From positions 6,720,001-6,752,000 of the forward strand of contig NC_010628.1 of the NCBI RefSeq assembly GCF_000020025.1: 32,000 nucleotides of DNA, in the 5' to 3' direction. The first letter of the stretch is position 1. Each line of letters opens with the position of its first letter. The DNA is from Nostoc punctiforme PCC 73102. Lineage in GTDB: Bacteria; Cyanobacteriota; Cyanobacteriia; Cyanobacteriales; Nostocaceae. Position numbers and translations under genes: made by a program. A model generated the notes under the pieces. That model did no database searches. It saw only the letters and a list, made by a program, of their open reading frames with translations, and had not been told where the DNA came from. This document shows positions 1 to 8,914 of the stretch, one piece after another.

Positions 1-928
1 CAGGGTTGTTGTCTTCAAATGCCCTTTGAATTGCCGTTTCTGGCCTCCACAAATCCAAATCGGTGTCGTACTTTGCATCCCATGCCAAGATTGCCGCATC
101 GCCTAAACCTAAACCCACCAAAGCAAACAACCGTGCATTTTCGGAAAAGCTCAGACATCTCAATTTAGAGACAATCTGGGTTATGCTATAAAGTTGTCCA
201 GGTGGCTTATATGTTCCATCAAGATCATTTGCCCAGAAAAGAGCAATATCGGTTTGTTCTTGAGTCCGTTCAGTAGAGTTAGCAGCACCAAGCCGTTTTA
301 CTTCATTTACTTGAGCAGCATATTCAACACTGGCCAGTAGATCCTGTTTACTGCTGAAGCCTGCTGGTTTAGTCGGACGAAACTTCTTAATTAAGGTTGG
401 TGAAAAAGGTTTTACTTTGCCCCAATTTGGGGTAGTTGCAGGGCCAGAACCAGTTGGTCGCCAATCACCAGGCTGATGTCCTGATTTGTAATCGGTCTTG
501 TCATCAAAGCCGTCCCCTTCTCGATTTTTGAGGATTGCTTTAGCTGCGGCGATTCCAAGTTCTTTACCATCATCAATGCTCTGTTGCGACACACCACTAC
601 TTTTAATTTCATGGATGGCTTTCTCTCGTTCTGCGTCAAAAAAGCTCTGGTTTTTATTTTTTGATTTGGGAAAATTGGCATTAGGATAAACAGTGTCGCT
701 ACTTAATACAGTAAATGCGGCATAAACTGCTGCTGCTTCTTTAGAAGCTCCTAATTTTACCGGAAGAATTTCTAAATATGGTTTGTAGTCTTGATCAATG
801 GAATTGACAGCATCGTATATTGCAGCATGTAATATAGCACCAGTACGAGAGATTGGCCCAGGTGCGCCACCGTTCAAACGAATTGTTTGTAAATATACAT
901 TGTTCCAATTAATAACTTGATCTGTCAT
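1..928 (-). CDS. PAP2-superfamily / vanadium-dependent haloperoxidase-like protein, N-terminal ~309 codons (3' end runs off the window)
   Basis: Absent from the ORF track because it is open at the window edge. My reverse-complement translation from the ATG at 928..926 is stop-free down to base 1: MTDQVINWNNVYLQTIRLNGGAPGPISRTGAILHAAIYDAVNS...DIALFWANDLDGTYKPPGQLYS...AWDAKYDTDLDLWRPETAIQ. The FWA-D-x-GT-x-PPG block and the K..(n)..RPE-TAI block are typical of bacterial acid-phosphatase/V-haloperoxidase-like proteins. Confidence 0.6.
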   Translation of the reverse strand, partial: MTDQVINWNNVYLQTIRLNGGAPGPISRTGAILHAAIYDAVNSIDQDYKPYLEILPVKLGASKEAAAVYAAFTVLSSDTVYPNANFPKSKNKNQSFFDAEREKAIHEIKSSGVSQQSIDDGKELGIAAAKAILKNREGDGFDDKTDYKSGHQPGDWRPTGSGPATTPNWGKVKPFSPTLIKKFRPTKPAGFSSKQDLLASVEYAAQVNEVKRLGAANSTERTQEQTDIALFWANDLDGTYKPPGQLYSITQIVSKLRCLSFSENARLFALVGLGLGDAAILAWDAKYDTDLDLWRPETAIQRAFEDNNP

Positions 929-1005
929 AAATATTTCTTTGCTTAATTTTGCCTTTACCCTGGTTGCGGATCTAATTTTCAAGACAAAAGTAAACTAATA
1001 CCCCT

Positions 1006-1030
1006 TCTCTACGAGATGCTACGCGAACGC
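1006..1030. repeat. Short dispersed repeat core (tctctacgagatgctacgcgaacgc)
   Basis: Shares the core tctacgag-N2-gctacgc with the sequence at 12990..13009 inside a CDS. Partly echoed at 30440..30455 (ggctacggcacgcg). Confidence 0.45.
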
Positions 1031-1515
1031 ATAATTCTGAATTCGTAATTACTGTTGCGTAGGGGTTTTAGATATTTGATAAGGGTGGCTTATTTATGCC
1101 AACCTCTACTAGAGTAGGTAGCGGAAATAACTATCCAGTTTAGTAAGGCTTAAAAGTTTACTTTACAAGCTTTCTCACTTTTTAACCTTTCCTAAACTCT
1201 GCGTAGCTTGACGCTTCCCCGTTGGCATCCGGGTGATGCTCAATAATTCGCCAACACCACCCAATCAAATAGCTTACCTTTTGCCTTTTTGCACTAGACT
1301 CTACCAGGGTTTGTATTCCGAATATAGAAGTATTTCTGAATGCTTAATAGTACCCCAGAGGGTACTATTTCCAATGCTGCGTGCATAAACTGCTTTCACT
1401 TTTACTACAACCGCCTCTATTTGCTTCTTTTAAAACCGAAGTGCTTTGGTAGCAAGGCTTTGGAAGAGTGTGTGCTACAATTGGACAACCACGCAGCTAT
1501 CGTGTCGTGCTTTGT

Positions 1516-2571
1516 ATGAAAAAAGTCGTCGTTGGTCTTTCTGGTGGCGTTGACAGTTCCACCGCCGCAGCTATCCTGCACCATCAGGGCTATGAAGTGA
1601 TTGGTTTGACTCTTTGGCTAATGAAAGGCAAAGGTCAATGTTGCTCTGAAGGTATGATCGACGCGGCTGATCTCTGTGAACAACTGGGCGTTCCCCATCA
1701 AATTGTAGATATTCGGGATCTCTTTCAAACGCATATTGTCGATTACCTGGTGACTGGCTACAGTGCTGGAATCACGCCTTTGCCTTGTTCACAATGCAAT
1801 AAAACGGTGAAGTTTGGGCCAATGGTGCAGTATGCTCGTGAAGAATTGGGATGCGATCGCATCGCCACTGGTCATTATGCCCGAATTAGTTATGACGAAG
1901 CAACTGGACGTTACCAGTTATTAAGAGCTATTGACCGCAACAAAGACCAATCATACTTCCTCTATGATTTGTCTCAAGATTTACTTGCAGCAACTATATT
2001 TCCTCTCGGCGAACTAGAAAAAACTGATACGCGCCGCATTGCGACTGAATACGGATTGAAAACTGCTGATAAGCCCGAAAGTCAAGACTTGTGCTTAGTG
2101 GAAAGTAATGGTTCCATGCGGGCATTTTTGGATAAATATTTAGCTCCCAAAAGTGGCGATATTGTCGATACCACAGGCAAAATTTTGGGACAACATGATG
2201 GTGTGCATCACTACACCATTGGCCAGCGCAAAGGTTTGGGGATTGCTGCTGCCGAACCTCTGTATGTGATTGAATTAGATGCGGAAAATAATAAAGTAGT
2301 AGTAGGCGATCGCACTAAGGTAACTCAACCAGAATGCACTGTAAATCGGGTAAATTGGGTTTCCATTGCTGAACCATCTACCCCAATTCATGCCGAAGTG
2401 CAAATTCGCTATCGTTCAACCCCTACACCAGTAACGGTGATTCCGTTGGAAAACTCTCGCGTGCGTTTGGTGTTTGATGAACCCCAATTCAGCATCACTC
2501 CCGGACAAGCGGCGGTGTGGTACGACGGCGAGAAAGTCTTAGGTGGCGGAATAATTGAACAATTTAGTTAG
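1516..2571 (+). CDS. mnmA: tRNA 2-thiouridine(34) synthase MnmA
   Basis: The N-terminus [15 protein letters not shown] is a PP-loop. [12 protein letters not shown] and the C-terminal [19 protein letters not shown] are also MnmA-like. The ORF track starts at 1468, but the ATG at 1516 gives the canonical N-terminus. Confidence 0.93.
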   Translation: MKKVVVGLSGGVDSSTAAAILHHQGYEVIGLTLWLMKGKGQCCSEGMIDAADLCEQLGVPHQIVDIRDLFQTHIVDYLVTGYSAGITPLPCSQCNKTVKFGPMVQYAREELGCDRIATGHYARISYDEATGRYQLLRAIDRNKDQSYFLYDLSQDLLAATIFPLGELEKTDTRRIATEYGLKTADKPESQDLCLVESNGSMRAFLDKYLAPKSGDIVDTTGKILGQHDGVHHYTIGQRKGLGIAAAEPLYVIELDAENNKVVVGDRTKVTQPECTVNRVNWVSIAEPSTPIHAEVQIRYRSTPTPVTVIPLENSRVRLVFDEPQFSITPGQAAVWYDGEKVLGGGIIEQFS

Positions 2572-2605
2572 AATCTTACCCCGGTTTTGGCAGAAACCAA
2601 AACCA

Positions 2606-2639
2606 CCCCTTCTCATCAATGAGGAGGGGTATTTTATTG
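2606..2639 (+). terminator. Rho-independent terminator after mnmA
   Basis: A 10-bp stem (ccccttctca 2606-2615 with tgaggagggg 2620-2629, one G-U pair), loop tcaa, then tattttatt. Confidence 0.6.
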
Positions 2640-2767
2640 CTAATACTGCGTAGAATTGGCCTTCGACTTTGTATCTCTTACGATACTCATGCTATGATTT
2701 ACGGCACATTCCATGCACAAATCCAGCAAGGAATGTTACAACTTAGAGTTTCAAGGCTTTCTCTGCT

Positions 2768-3913
2768 ATGTCTTTTGACCTTGCCTTGTTTAGCTCCAAA
2801 CTCAGAAGATGCCGAGAGCAATTTGAAAAGTCTCTTGTAGAAGTCACAACAGCCACAGGCATCCCTGAAAACATTCTGGCTGCTCTGGAAAATGGGGAAA
2901 GGCAACCAACAGGTGATGAAGTTTTGATTTTTGCTGACTATTACCTATGTGATTACCAGTTTTTTATTTCTAACGAGCGCGTAGCTTCTTTTGATCAAAC
3001 AGAAACTTTGTTCCGAAGATATGGAGAAGAATTTTCAAAAGAAGACCGATTGGCAGTACAAGAATTTTTATTCTTATGTGAGTGTGAAGATTTTCTGTTA
3101 AAACTGGTTCAAACACATATTTATAAGCCTTTTAGCTTTATTAAGAGAGGTAACTATTACATAGGACATGGAAAAGAGGCGGCAAAGGCACTTAGAAAAC
3201 ATTTAGGGTATGCCTCTAATGCAGTTCGCATGGATGTTTATGAAGATTTTCGTTCTTTGGGGTTTCATATTTTTCGTCGCCAGTTGGGTAACTCAAACAT
3301 CTCTGGTTTATTCATCAAACATCCCACAGCAGGCAAGTGCATATTAGTGAACTACAGCGAAGATATTTATAGGCAGAGATTTACTGCTGCTCATGAATCG
3401 GCTCATGGGATTTTGGATGATGAGCAGGAATTTGTTATTTCTTTGAAAACAGACAAAAAGAATTTAGTTGAAGTAAGAGCTAACAACTTTGCATCCGATT
3501 ATTTAATGCCACCAGAATTTTTACAGAAAATTCCAGATTCTCAAACTTGGACTCCTGAAAAAGCTATTGAATGGGCAAATAAGCTTAAGGTCAGTACAGA
3601 AGCATTAGCTAATGCCTTAAAAAGTGCCAATTTCATATCTGAAAATGTAGAAATACAAATAAAAGCTGTGAGAGTACCAAGAGATTTGAAAGTTGATCCA
3701 GAACTGCCTGAAAGCCTCTCATTCGGTTCTCGCCAACGTCGGGAGAAGCTACTAAAAAGAGGTTTGTCAAATTTCTATGTTGGACTTTGCTTTGACGTGT
3801 ATGAGCAGGGTTTTATTTCAGCAGGTCGAGTAGCAGAAATGCTTCTAGTTAGCAAATATGAATTAACAGAAATAGCAAGTATCTACGGGAGAACTATTAG
3901 GTATGGGGATTGA
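2768..3913 (+). CDS. XRE-family HTH fused to an ImmA/IrrE (COG2856, M78-like) zinc metallopeptidase domain plus a C-terminal extension
   Basis: The N-terminus LRRCREQFEKSLVEVTTATGIPENILAALENGERQPTGDE is HTH_XRE-like. The HEXXH motif is AAHESAHGI (HESAH = 3392..3406), with a downstream E-x-x-AN-x-FA-x-x-x-LMP block (EVRANNFASDYLMP). The last ~120 aa are unassigned. Confidence 0.85.
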   Translation: MSFDLALFSSKLRRCREQFEKSLVEVTTATGIPENILAALENGERQPTGDEVLIFADYYLCDYQFFISNERVASFDQTETLFRRYGEEFSKEDRLAVQEFLFLCECEDFLLKLVQTHIYKPFSFIKRGNYYIGHGKEAAKALRKHLGYASNAVRMDVYEDFRSLGFHIFRRQLGNSNISGLFIKHPTAGKCILVNYSEDIYRQRFTAAHESAHGILDDEQEFVISLKTDKKNLVEVRANNFASDYLMPPEFLQKIPDSQTWTPEKAIEWANKLKVSTEALANALKSANFISENVEIQIKAVRVPRDLKVDPELPESLSFGSRQRREKLLKRGLSNFYVGLCFDVYEQGFISAGRVAEMLLVSKYELTEIASIYGRTIRYGD

Positions 3914-4496
3914 TCCATCAAACTTTCATAAATATAACGTTATAGATACTTGTGCTATTTGGAATATTCTTTCATCTCAACTTCTCTATACAACAGCTAA
4001 CAATGCTGGATGCTTATTCTCTTGTACATATTTTGTTTATTACGAGTGCTTATACAAGCCACGTACAAATCCGAAGCAGGCAGAAATAGAATTGCAAAAT
4101 CGTTTTCGTCAGGAATACGAAAATGGAAAATTCAAATATTATCATTTAACTATTGAAGACCTTCAAGATGTAGAAGTTCTCCAGGGAAGAAAGAAAAAAG
4201 ATAAAGGGGAACTTGCATCTATTGCTTTTGCAAAGAAAACCCGTCAAGCTTTTCTAACAGATGATACAGGAGCTAGAAAACAAGCTGCTAAGAGCATGAA
4301 TAGTAAAATGGTACAGACCACACCTCATTTACTAGCTTGGTTGATATTTATAAACTATTTGAGTGATAGTGACTTGCAACCAATAATCTGTGAACATAAA
4401 AAATCTGATAGACCTCTTGAAAAACACTTCTTAGATGCATACAAAATAGTTTTGGAATATAGATTAATAGCTTTAAGCCCTAAAATAACGGAATAA
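3903..4496 (+). CDS. PIN-like nuclease domain protein (putative toxin/effector)
   Basis: Its ATG lies 11 nt inside the upstream gene (3903 versus stop at 3911-3913). NVIDTCAIWNIL supplies D15. GELASIAFAKKTRQAFLTDDTGARK supplies E103 and D120/D121 in the classic PIN 'D/E-x-x-iAa-A-(n)-l-T-x-D' arrangement. E48 or E61/E63 is a candidate second acidic residue. This is a motif-level call only. Confidence 0.6.
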   Translation: MGIDPSNFHKYNVIDTCAIWNILSSQLLYTTANNAGCLFSCTYFVYYECLYKPRTNPKQAEIELQNRFRQEYENGKFKYYHLTIEDLQDVEVLQGRKKKDKGELASIAFAKKTRQAFLTDDTGARKQAAKSMNSKMVQTTPHLLAWLIFINYLSDSDLQPIICEHKKSDRPLEKHFLDAYKIVLEYRLIALSPKITE

Positions 4497-4501
4497 AATC
4501 A

Positions 4502-5155
4502 TCAAAAACTACTTCTATCTAATGCCTCTTCAAACTCTTTCAAAGCTTGTACGGTTCCTACTTGCCAAGCTTGTTCAACTGTAGCGGCAATAATTTGAGT
4601 TAGAGGGATATTCGGAAAGTTAGGACTGCGATCGGATTCGATGTAATGTCCATCGCTGAGTAAATAAATTCTCAGCTTTTTACTATCGTAAATCCATAGT
4701 TCTGGAACTGCGATCGCTTCGTAAGCATCAAGAGTTGTTTTTGATGTCACATCTGTTTCAATTGCCAAATCAGGAGGCGGATCGTCTGGTTCGAGTTTGC
4801 GACGACCAATCATTCTTTGGTAATTCTGGATGTAAAAGCAAGCATCTGGTTCTACCCCCGCTATATTTTCTCGCTTGAAGGTGGTTGAACCGAAGGGTTC
4901 ATAACTTTTCCCGGCGATCTTCAACAAGATTTTGACAATATCCGAAATTAAGTCCTTTGATTTTTCGTGTTCGGGTAGAGGAAGCATAATTTCTAACGTA
5001 GACTTGCTGTAAGCAACTCGTCGCGATCGCTTTTCGCCCAGTTCTTGCAAAATAGACTCAAATTCCTCCCAACTCATATCCTGGATATTCACTGTACTAC
5101 CAGGCGCTAGCCGCATTTGGCTAACAGGTTTAACAACGGGGGATACAGCAGTCAT
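4502..5155 (-). CDS. Uma2-family (DUF820) PD-(D/E)xK-like endonuclease
   Basis: MSWEEFESI...PLPEHEKSK...EPDACFYIQ...PPDLAIETDVTSKT...YEAIAVPELWIYD is the typical cyanobacterial Uma2 pattern. The ORF-track start at 5167 is a TTG, so I prefer the ATG at 5155. Its stop is only 5 bp from the PIN gene stop (convergent). Confidence 0.85.
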   Translation of the reverse strand: MTAVSPVVKPVSQMRLAPGSTVNIQDMSWEEFESILQELGEKRSRRVAYSKSTLEIMLPLPEHEKSKDLISDIVKILLKIAGKSYEPFGSTTFKRENIAGVEPDACFYIQNYQRMIGRRKLEPDDPPPDLAIETDVTSKTTLDAYEAIAVPELWIYDSKKLRIYLLSDGHYIESDRSPNFPNIPLTQIIAATVEQAWQVGTVQALKEFEEALDRSSF

Positions 5156-5349
5156 AAGCAATTCCAAAGAAAGGAACTATTCTGAAACTTGAAGCTGGAT
5201 TAGCTTTAGCGTAACCTAATCAGATCGCTTAGAGGCTAGTTGCAAAATTTTCCTCCATTCCCTAAACTCTTTTTTTTCTCAGTACCAGCATTTTGATAAG
5301 TTAGTACATAATCTGAAACAATAACAGTAAAAGCAAAGAGGGGATTACG

Positions 5350-6528
5350 TTGAGTCACAATCCAGATGCCATAGCCCCCCACGGTGGACAGTTGGTTAAC
5401 CGTATCGCCACACCAGAGCAAAGAGAAGAGTTTCTCTCAAAAGCTGACTTTTTGCCGCGAGTGCAACTTGACGATCGCGCCGTTTCGGATGTAGAAATGA
5501 TTGCGATCGGTGCTTTTAGTCCACTCACGGGTTTTATGAGCCAAGAAGACTACGATCGCACTGTTACAGAAATGCGACTAGCTAATGGTCTTGTGTGGTC
5601 AATTCCGATTACACTATCGGTCACTGAAGAAGTAGCTTCCCCATTGCAAGAAGGTGGCTTAATCCGTCTGGATAACTCCAGAGGTGAATTTATTGCAGTT
5701 TTGCAACTCACGCAAAAATATAATTACGACAAAACCCGCGAAGCCATTAATGTCTACCGCACTGATGATGTCAAACATCCAGGCGTGCAGGTACTCTATA
5801 GCCAAGGTACTGTACATCTGGCGGGTGATATTTGGCTGTTGCAGCGCGAACCTCATCCCCAGTTTCCCACTTACCAAATAGATCCATCTGCCTCACGGCA
5901 ACTATTTAAAGATAAGGGTTGGAAAACAATCGTTGGTTTCCAAACTCGCAACCCTATCCACCGCGCTCATGAATATATTCAAAAGTGCGCTTTAGAAATT
6001 GTTGATGGTCTATTTTTGCACCCATTAGTTGGGGCAACAAAAGAAGATGATATTGCCGCCGATGTGCGGATGCGTTGCTATGAAATTTTGCTGGAACATT
6101 ACTACCCCTTAGACCGGGTAACTTTGGCAATTAATCCAGCCGCAATGCGCTATGCCGGGCCTCGTGAGGCAATATTCCATGCTTTAGTCCGCAAAAACTA
6201 CGGCTGTACTCACTTTATCGTCGGACGGGATCATGCTGGCGTTGGTGACTATTACGGTACTTACGATGCACAATATATCTTTGATGAATTTGCCCCAGGC
6301 GAATTGGGCATTGTGCCGATGAAATTTGAACACGCTTTCTACTGCACGCGCACTAAGCAGATGGCAACATCTAAAACCAGTCCCAGCAGGCCAGAAGAAC
6401 GTATTCACCTATCGGGGACAAAAGTCCGAGAAATGCTGCGGCGTGGTGAATTACCTCCACCAGAATTTTCTCGTCCAGAGGTAGCAGCAGAGTTGGCACG
6501 GGCAATGCGGATAGAAGTACCTGTTTAG
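5350..6528 (+). CDS. sat: Sulfate adenylyltransferase (ATP sulfurylase)
   Basis: [21 protein letters not shown] and GRDHAGVG motifs. The only in-frame start upstream of the conserved N-terminus is the TTG at 5350. Confidence 0.93.
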   Translation: MSHNPDAIAPHGGQLVNRIATPEQREEFLSKADFLPRVQLDDRAVSDVEMIAIGAFSPLTGFMSQEDYDRTVTEMRLANGLVWSIPITLSVTEEVASPLQEGGLIRLDNSRGEFIAVLQLTQKYNYDKTREAINVYRTDDVKHPGVQVLYSQGTVHLAGDIWLLQREPHPQFPTYQIDPSASRQLFKDKGWKTIVGFQTRNPIHRAHEYIQKCALEIVDGLFLHPLVGATKEDDIAADVRMRCYEILLEHYYPLDRVTLAINPAAMRYAGPREAIFHALVRKNYGCTHFIVGRDHAGVGDYYGTYDAQYIFDEFAPGELGIVPMKFEHAFYCTRTKQMATSKTSPSRPEERIHLSGTKVREMLRRGELPPPEFSRPEVAAELARAMRIEVPV

Positions 6529-6650
6529 GGAATTGGGAATTGGGCACAACAGTTCCGTTAGCGGATAGCCAAGGTTTAGCCCGTGCTGAGTGAGGAGTTA
6601 GGAGTTAGGAGTTATGAATTCTCTCCCTGCCCCCTGCTCCCTTGCCCCTC
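6529..6650 (+). repeat. Heptamer repeats plus a ~110-bp dispersed repeat, copy A
   Basis: Begins right after the sat stop codon: (GGGAATT)x2, then ttgggcacaacagttccgttagcggatagccaaggtttagcccgtg, then (GGAGTTA)x3 at 6594-6614, then gaattctc...cccctgctccc. A near-identical element in the same orientation lies at 17911..18006. Confidence 0.75.
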
Positions 6651-6723
6651 CTTTTGTAACTTTACAATACAGAGTTCAGCCCTGTAAGCTGCTAGCTAAT
6701 GGGCTTAGGGCTGATAGCTAATT

Positions 6724-8847
6724 ATGAAACGCCGCACGTTTTTACATAAAATTGGCTCAATACTCGCGGTATTGGGAGTAACGGAAGCTGAGTGGTTGAC
6801 TTTAGGAAATCGCTATTATCAGGCTTTGGCACAACCGAACTCGCGCAAGTTGGCATTGTTAATAGGTATTAACCAATACTCCAAAATCCCAAACCTCAGT
6901 GGTTGTCTGACAGATGTAGAACTGCAAAGAGAACTTTTGATTAACCGCTTTGGTTTTCAAGGGTCAGATATTTTAACCTTAACTGACGAACAAGCCAGCA
7001 GGGAATTCATTGAGGCGGCTTTTGCAGATCATCTGGGCAAACAAGCTAAACCTGGTGATATAACTTTTTTCCACTTTAGCGGTTATGGCACTCGTGTCAA
7101 ATTGGAAACATCGCCAGATACAATGCAAAATGCTCTGGTGACAGCTAATGTAGCTCTTGACTTACAAGATGACAAAATAGTCAATTATATATTAGAAGAA
7201 ACTCTACTGCTATTACTGCGATCGCTCCCTACAGACCGAGTAACAGCAGTATTGGATACTAGCTATGATGCTCCTAACACAGTAATAGGATTAAAAACTC
7301 GTGCCCTTCAGGAGTCGGCAGCAAAGCTAGCAACAGAAGAACTCGACTTTCTCAAACAACTTAAAACTCAGAAGTTATCCAATACTCCGATTGTTTTAGC
7401 AGCTAGCTCAGAACCAAAGCAGCCAGCAAGGGAAGGTCTTTTTTCTGGTTTTAGTGCTGGGTTATTTACCTACGCCTTGACGCAGTATTTGTGGGAATTC
7501 ACGCCAGCCACCAAAATTCAAGTCGCCCTTTCCCATGTGGAAAATTCTTTATATAAATCAGGTAGTAAACAGAAACCAGCGTTATTAAGTAGTCAGAAAA
7601 ATCCAGATGTAACGTCTCTAGTGGCAGACGATATCATTGGTGCAGAAGGTGCGGTGAGTGATATTGAAGAAGATGGTAAAACCGTACATTTATGGTTAGC
7701 AGGATTACCCCCACAAGTACTGCTATACTACGGAGTGAATTCTCGATTTACACTACAAACAAAAGAGCAATTAGTATTGCGATCGCGCGCTGGGTTAACA
7801 GCAAAAGCGCAAATTTCCAAAATTGAAGGTGCAAATCCTCTACAAATCGGGCAACTCGTCCAAGAAGCAGTCCGGGTTTTACCCCGAAATATTAATTTAA
7901 CAATAGCTTTCGATACTGGATTAGAAAGAATTGAGCGGGTAGACGCTACAAGTGCCTTTGCGGGATTTTCCCATGTATCTACTGTAGTCGCAGGTGAAAA
8001 ACCAGCTGATTATGTATTTGCCAAGCTACAGGAAACTCCCAGTCGTTATGGTCTATTTTCTCTTGGTGGCGAGCCAATTCCCAATACCACTGGTGAAGTA
8101 GGAGAAGCAATAAAATTAACTGTGCAAAGGTTAGCGCCAAAATTATCAACCTTACTAGCAGCCAAGTTATGGCGACTCACAGAAAATCAAGGTTCTTCCC
8201 GCTTGCCTCTCAAAGCAACCTTAGAAATAATTAATAATATCTCGCCTCGCGTCGTCATGCAGCGCGAAACAGTGCGAACCTTCAAAGCTGAAACTTCGAT
8301 TAAAAAATCAGCACAGACGCGATTAATCGCGTCTCTCCCCACTCCCATTGTGCCTATCGGTAGTCGAATGCAATATCGAGTGGAAAACCAGAGCGATCAC
8401 CCAGTATATTTAATCTTGCTGGGATTAAACAATAATCATACGGCAGTTGCCTTCTACTCTTGGGAAACCCCCCAAGAACCAAATACTGCGGATACTAAGC
8501 CCATTCTCCAAGAAGTCGTCATCGCCCCGGGTAAAAGCCTCACACTACCCCAAAATACTGCTTCGCAATGGGTGATTTCAGGGCCAGCTTCTGAGTGCGA
8601 ACAACAACTGATTTTTAGTACTACACCCTTTAGCGGAACTCTTTCCGCCTTGAATACTGCTCAATATTCCACAGCCGAAGAAGGGCCGATTGGCCCATTG
8701 TTAAATCCTTTAGACGTTGCACAAGCCTTGTTACAAGACTTGCATAATGCCAGCGCCCTCAAAACTGAGATAAACGGTACAGCCGACTCATATATTTTAG
8801 ATGTGAATAATTGGGCAAGTCTTAGCTTTAGTTTTCAAGTAGTGTAA
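6724..8847 (+). CDS. Pseudo-orthocaspase (peptidase C14-like p20 domain with the catalytic dyad replaced), Tat-type signal, long C-terminal region
   Basis: MKRRTFLHKIGSILAVLGV matches the twin-arginine pattern RR-x-F-L-x-K plus an h-region. The caspase-like blocks are LALLIGINQY, FFHFSGYG (Tyr121, 7084-7086, where His is expected) and AVLDTSYD (Ser180, 7261-7263, where Cys is expected). The C-terminal stretch MQYRVENQSDHPVYLILLGLNNNHTAVAFYSW looks like a DUF4384-type beta domain. Confidence 0.8.
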   Translation: MKRRTFLHKIGSILAVLGVTEAEWLTLGNRYYQALAQPNSRKLALLIGINQYSKIPNLSGCLTDVELQRELLINRFGFQGSDILTLTDEQASREFIEAAFADHLGKQAKPGDITFFHFSGYGTRVKLETSPDTMQNALVTANVALDLQDDKIVNYILEETLLLLLRSLPTDRVTAVLDTSYDAPNTVIGLKTRALQESAAKLATEELDFLKQLKTQKLSNTPIVLAASSEPKQPAREGLFSGFSAGLFTYALTQYLWEFTPATKIQVALSHVENSLYKSGSKQKPALLSSQKNPDVTSLVADDIIGAEGAVSDIEEDGKTVHLWLAGLPPQVLLYYGVNSRFTLQTKEQLVLRSRAGLTAKAQISKIEGANPLQIGQLVQEAVRVLPRNINLTIAFDTGLERIERVDATSAFAGFSHVSTVVAGEKPADYVFAKLQETPSRYGLFSLGGEPIPNTTGEVGEAIKLTVQRLAPKLSTLLAAKLWRLTENQGSSRLPLKATLEIINNISPRVVMQRETVRTFKAETSIKKSAQTRLIASLPTPIVPIGSRMQYRVENQSDHPVYLILLGLNNNHTAVAFYSWETPQEPNTADTKPILQEVVIAPGKSLTLPQNTASQWVISGPASECEQQLIFSTTPFSGTLSALNTAQYSTAEEGPIGPLLNPLDVAQALLQDLHNASALKTEINGTADSYILDVNNWASLSFSFQVV
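8315..8334. repeat. Perfect 20-bp palindrome AGACGCGATTAATCGCGTCT inside the orthocaspase CDS
   Basis: Exact self-complementary 20-mer, read in frame as ..TRLIASL... The same 20-mer is at 21444..21463 and a one-mismatch copy is at 21241..21260, both intergenic. Confidence 0.85.
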
Positions 8848-8914
8848 ACATGGAATTCAGGAATTTAGTTGTGTATATAACTATGGTTCCTGTATTAACA
8901 CTTAATAGAGTTTC

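Noticed and set aside
412-689. ORF-track entries 412..681 (-) and 498..689 (+)
   Set aside because: Both lie inside the longer, motif-bearing, edge-truncated minus-strand ORF (1..928), in other frames or on the other strand. Their sequences are low-complexity and have no recognisable motifs.
1348-1367. Hairpin tagtaccc-caga-gggtacta in the divergent spacer upstream of mnmA
   Set aside because: It has an 8-bp stem but no upstream gene to terminate on either strand and no convincing T-run. That is insufficient to call an sRNA or terminator.
1468-1515. N-terminal extension of mnmA from the ORF-track start
   Set aside because: The start codon at 1468 adds [16 protein letters not shown] ahead of the canonical PP-loop N-terminus [15 protein letters not shown]. 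The ATG at 1516 is the more plausible start.
2619-2905. ORFs 2619..2840 (+) and 2699..2905 (-)
   Set aside because: They span the mnmA terminator and promoter gap and overlap the start of the XRE/ImmA gene. They have no motifs and odd composition, so they are likely spurious.
2640-5349. Search for mobile-element hallmarks around the ImmA/PIN/Uma2 region (integrase, transposase, flanking direct repeats, tRNA target)
   Set aside because: None are visible by eye. I therefore do not call it a genomic island or prophage remnant, only a compositionally distinct islet.
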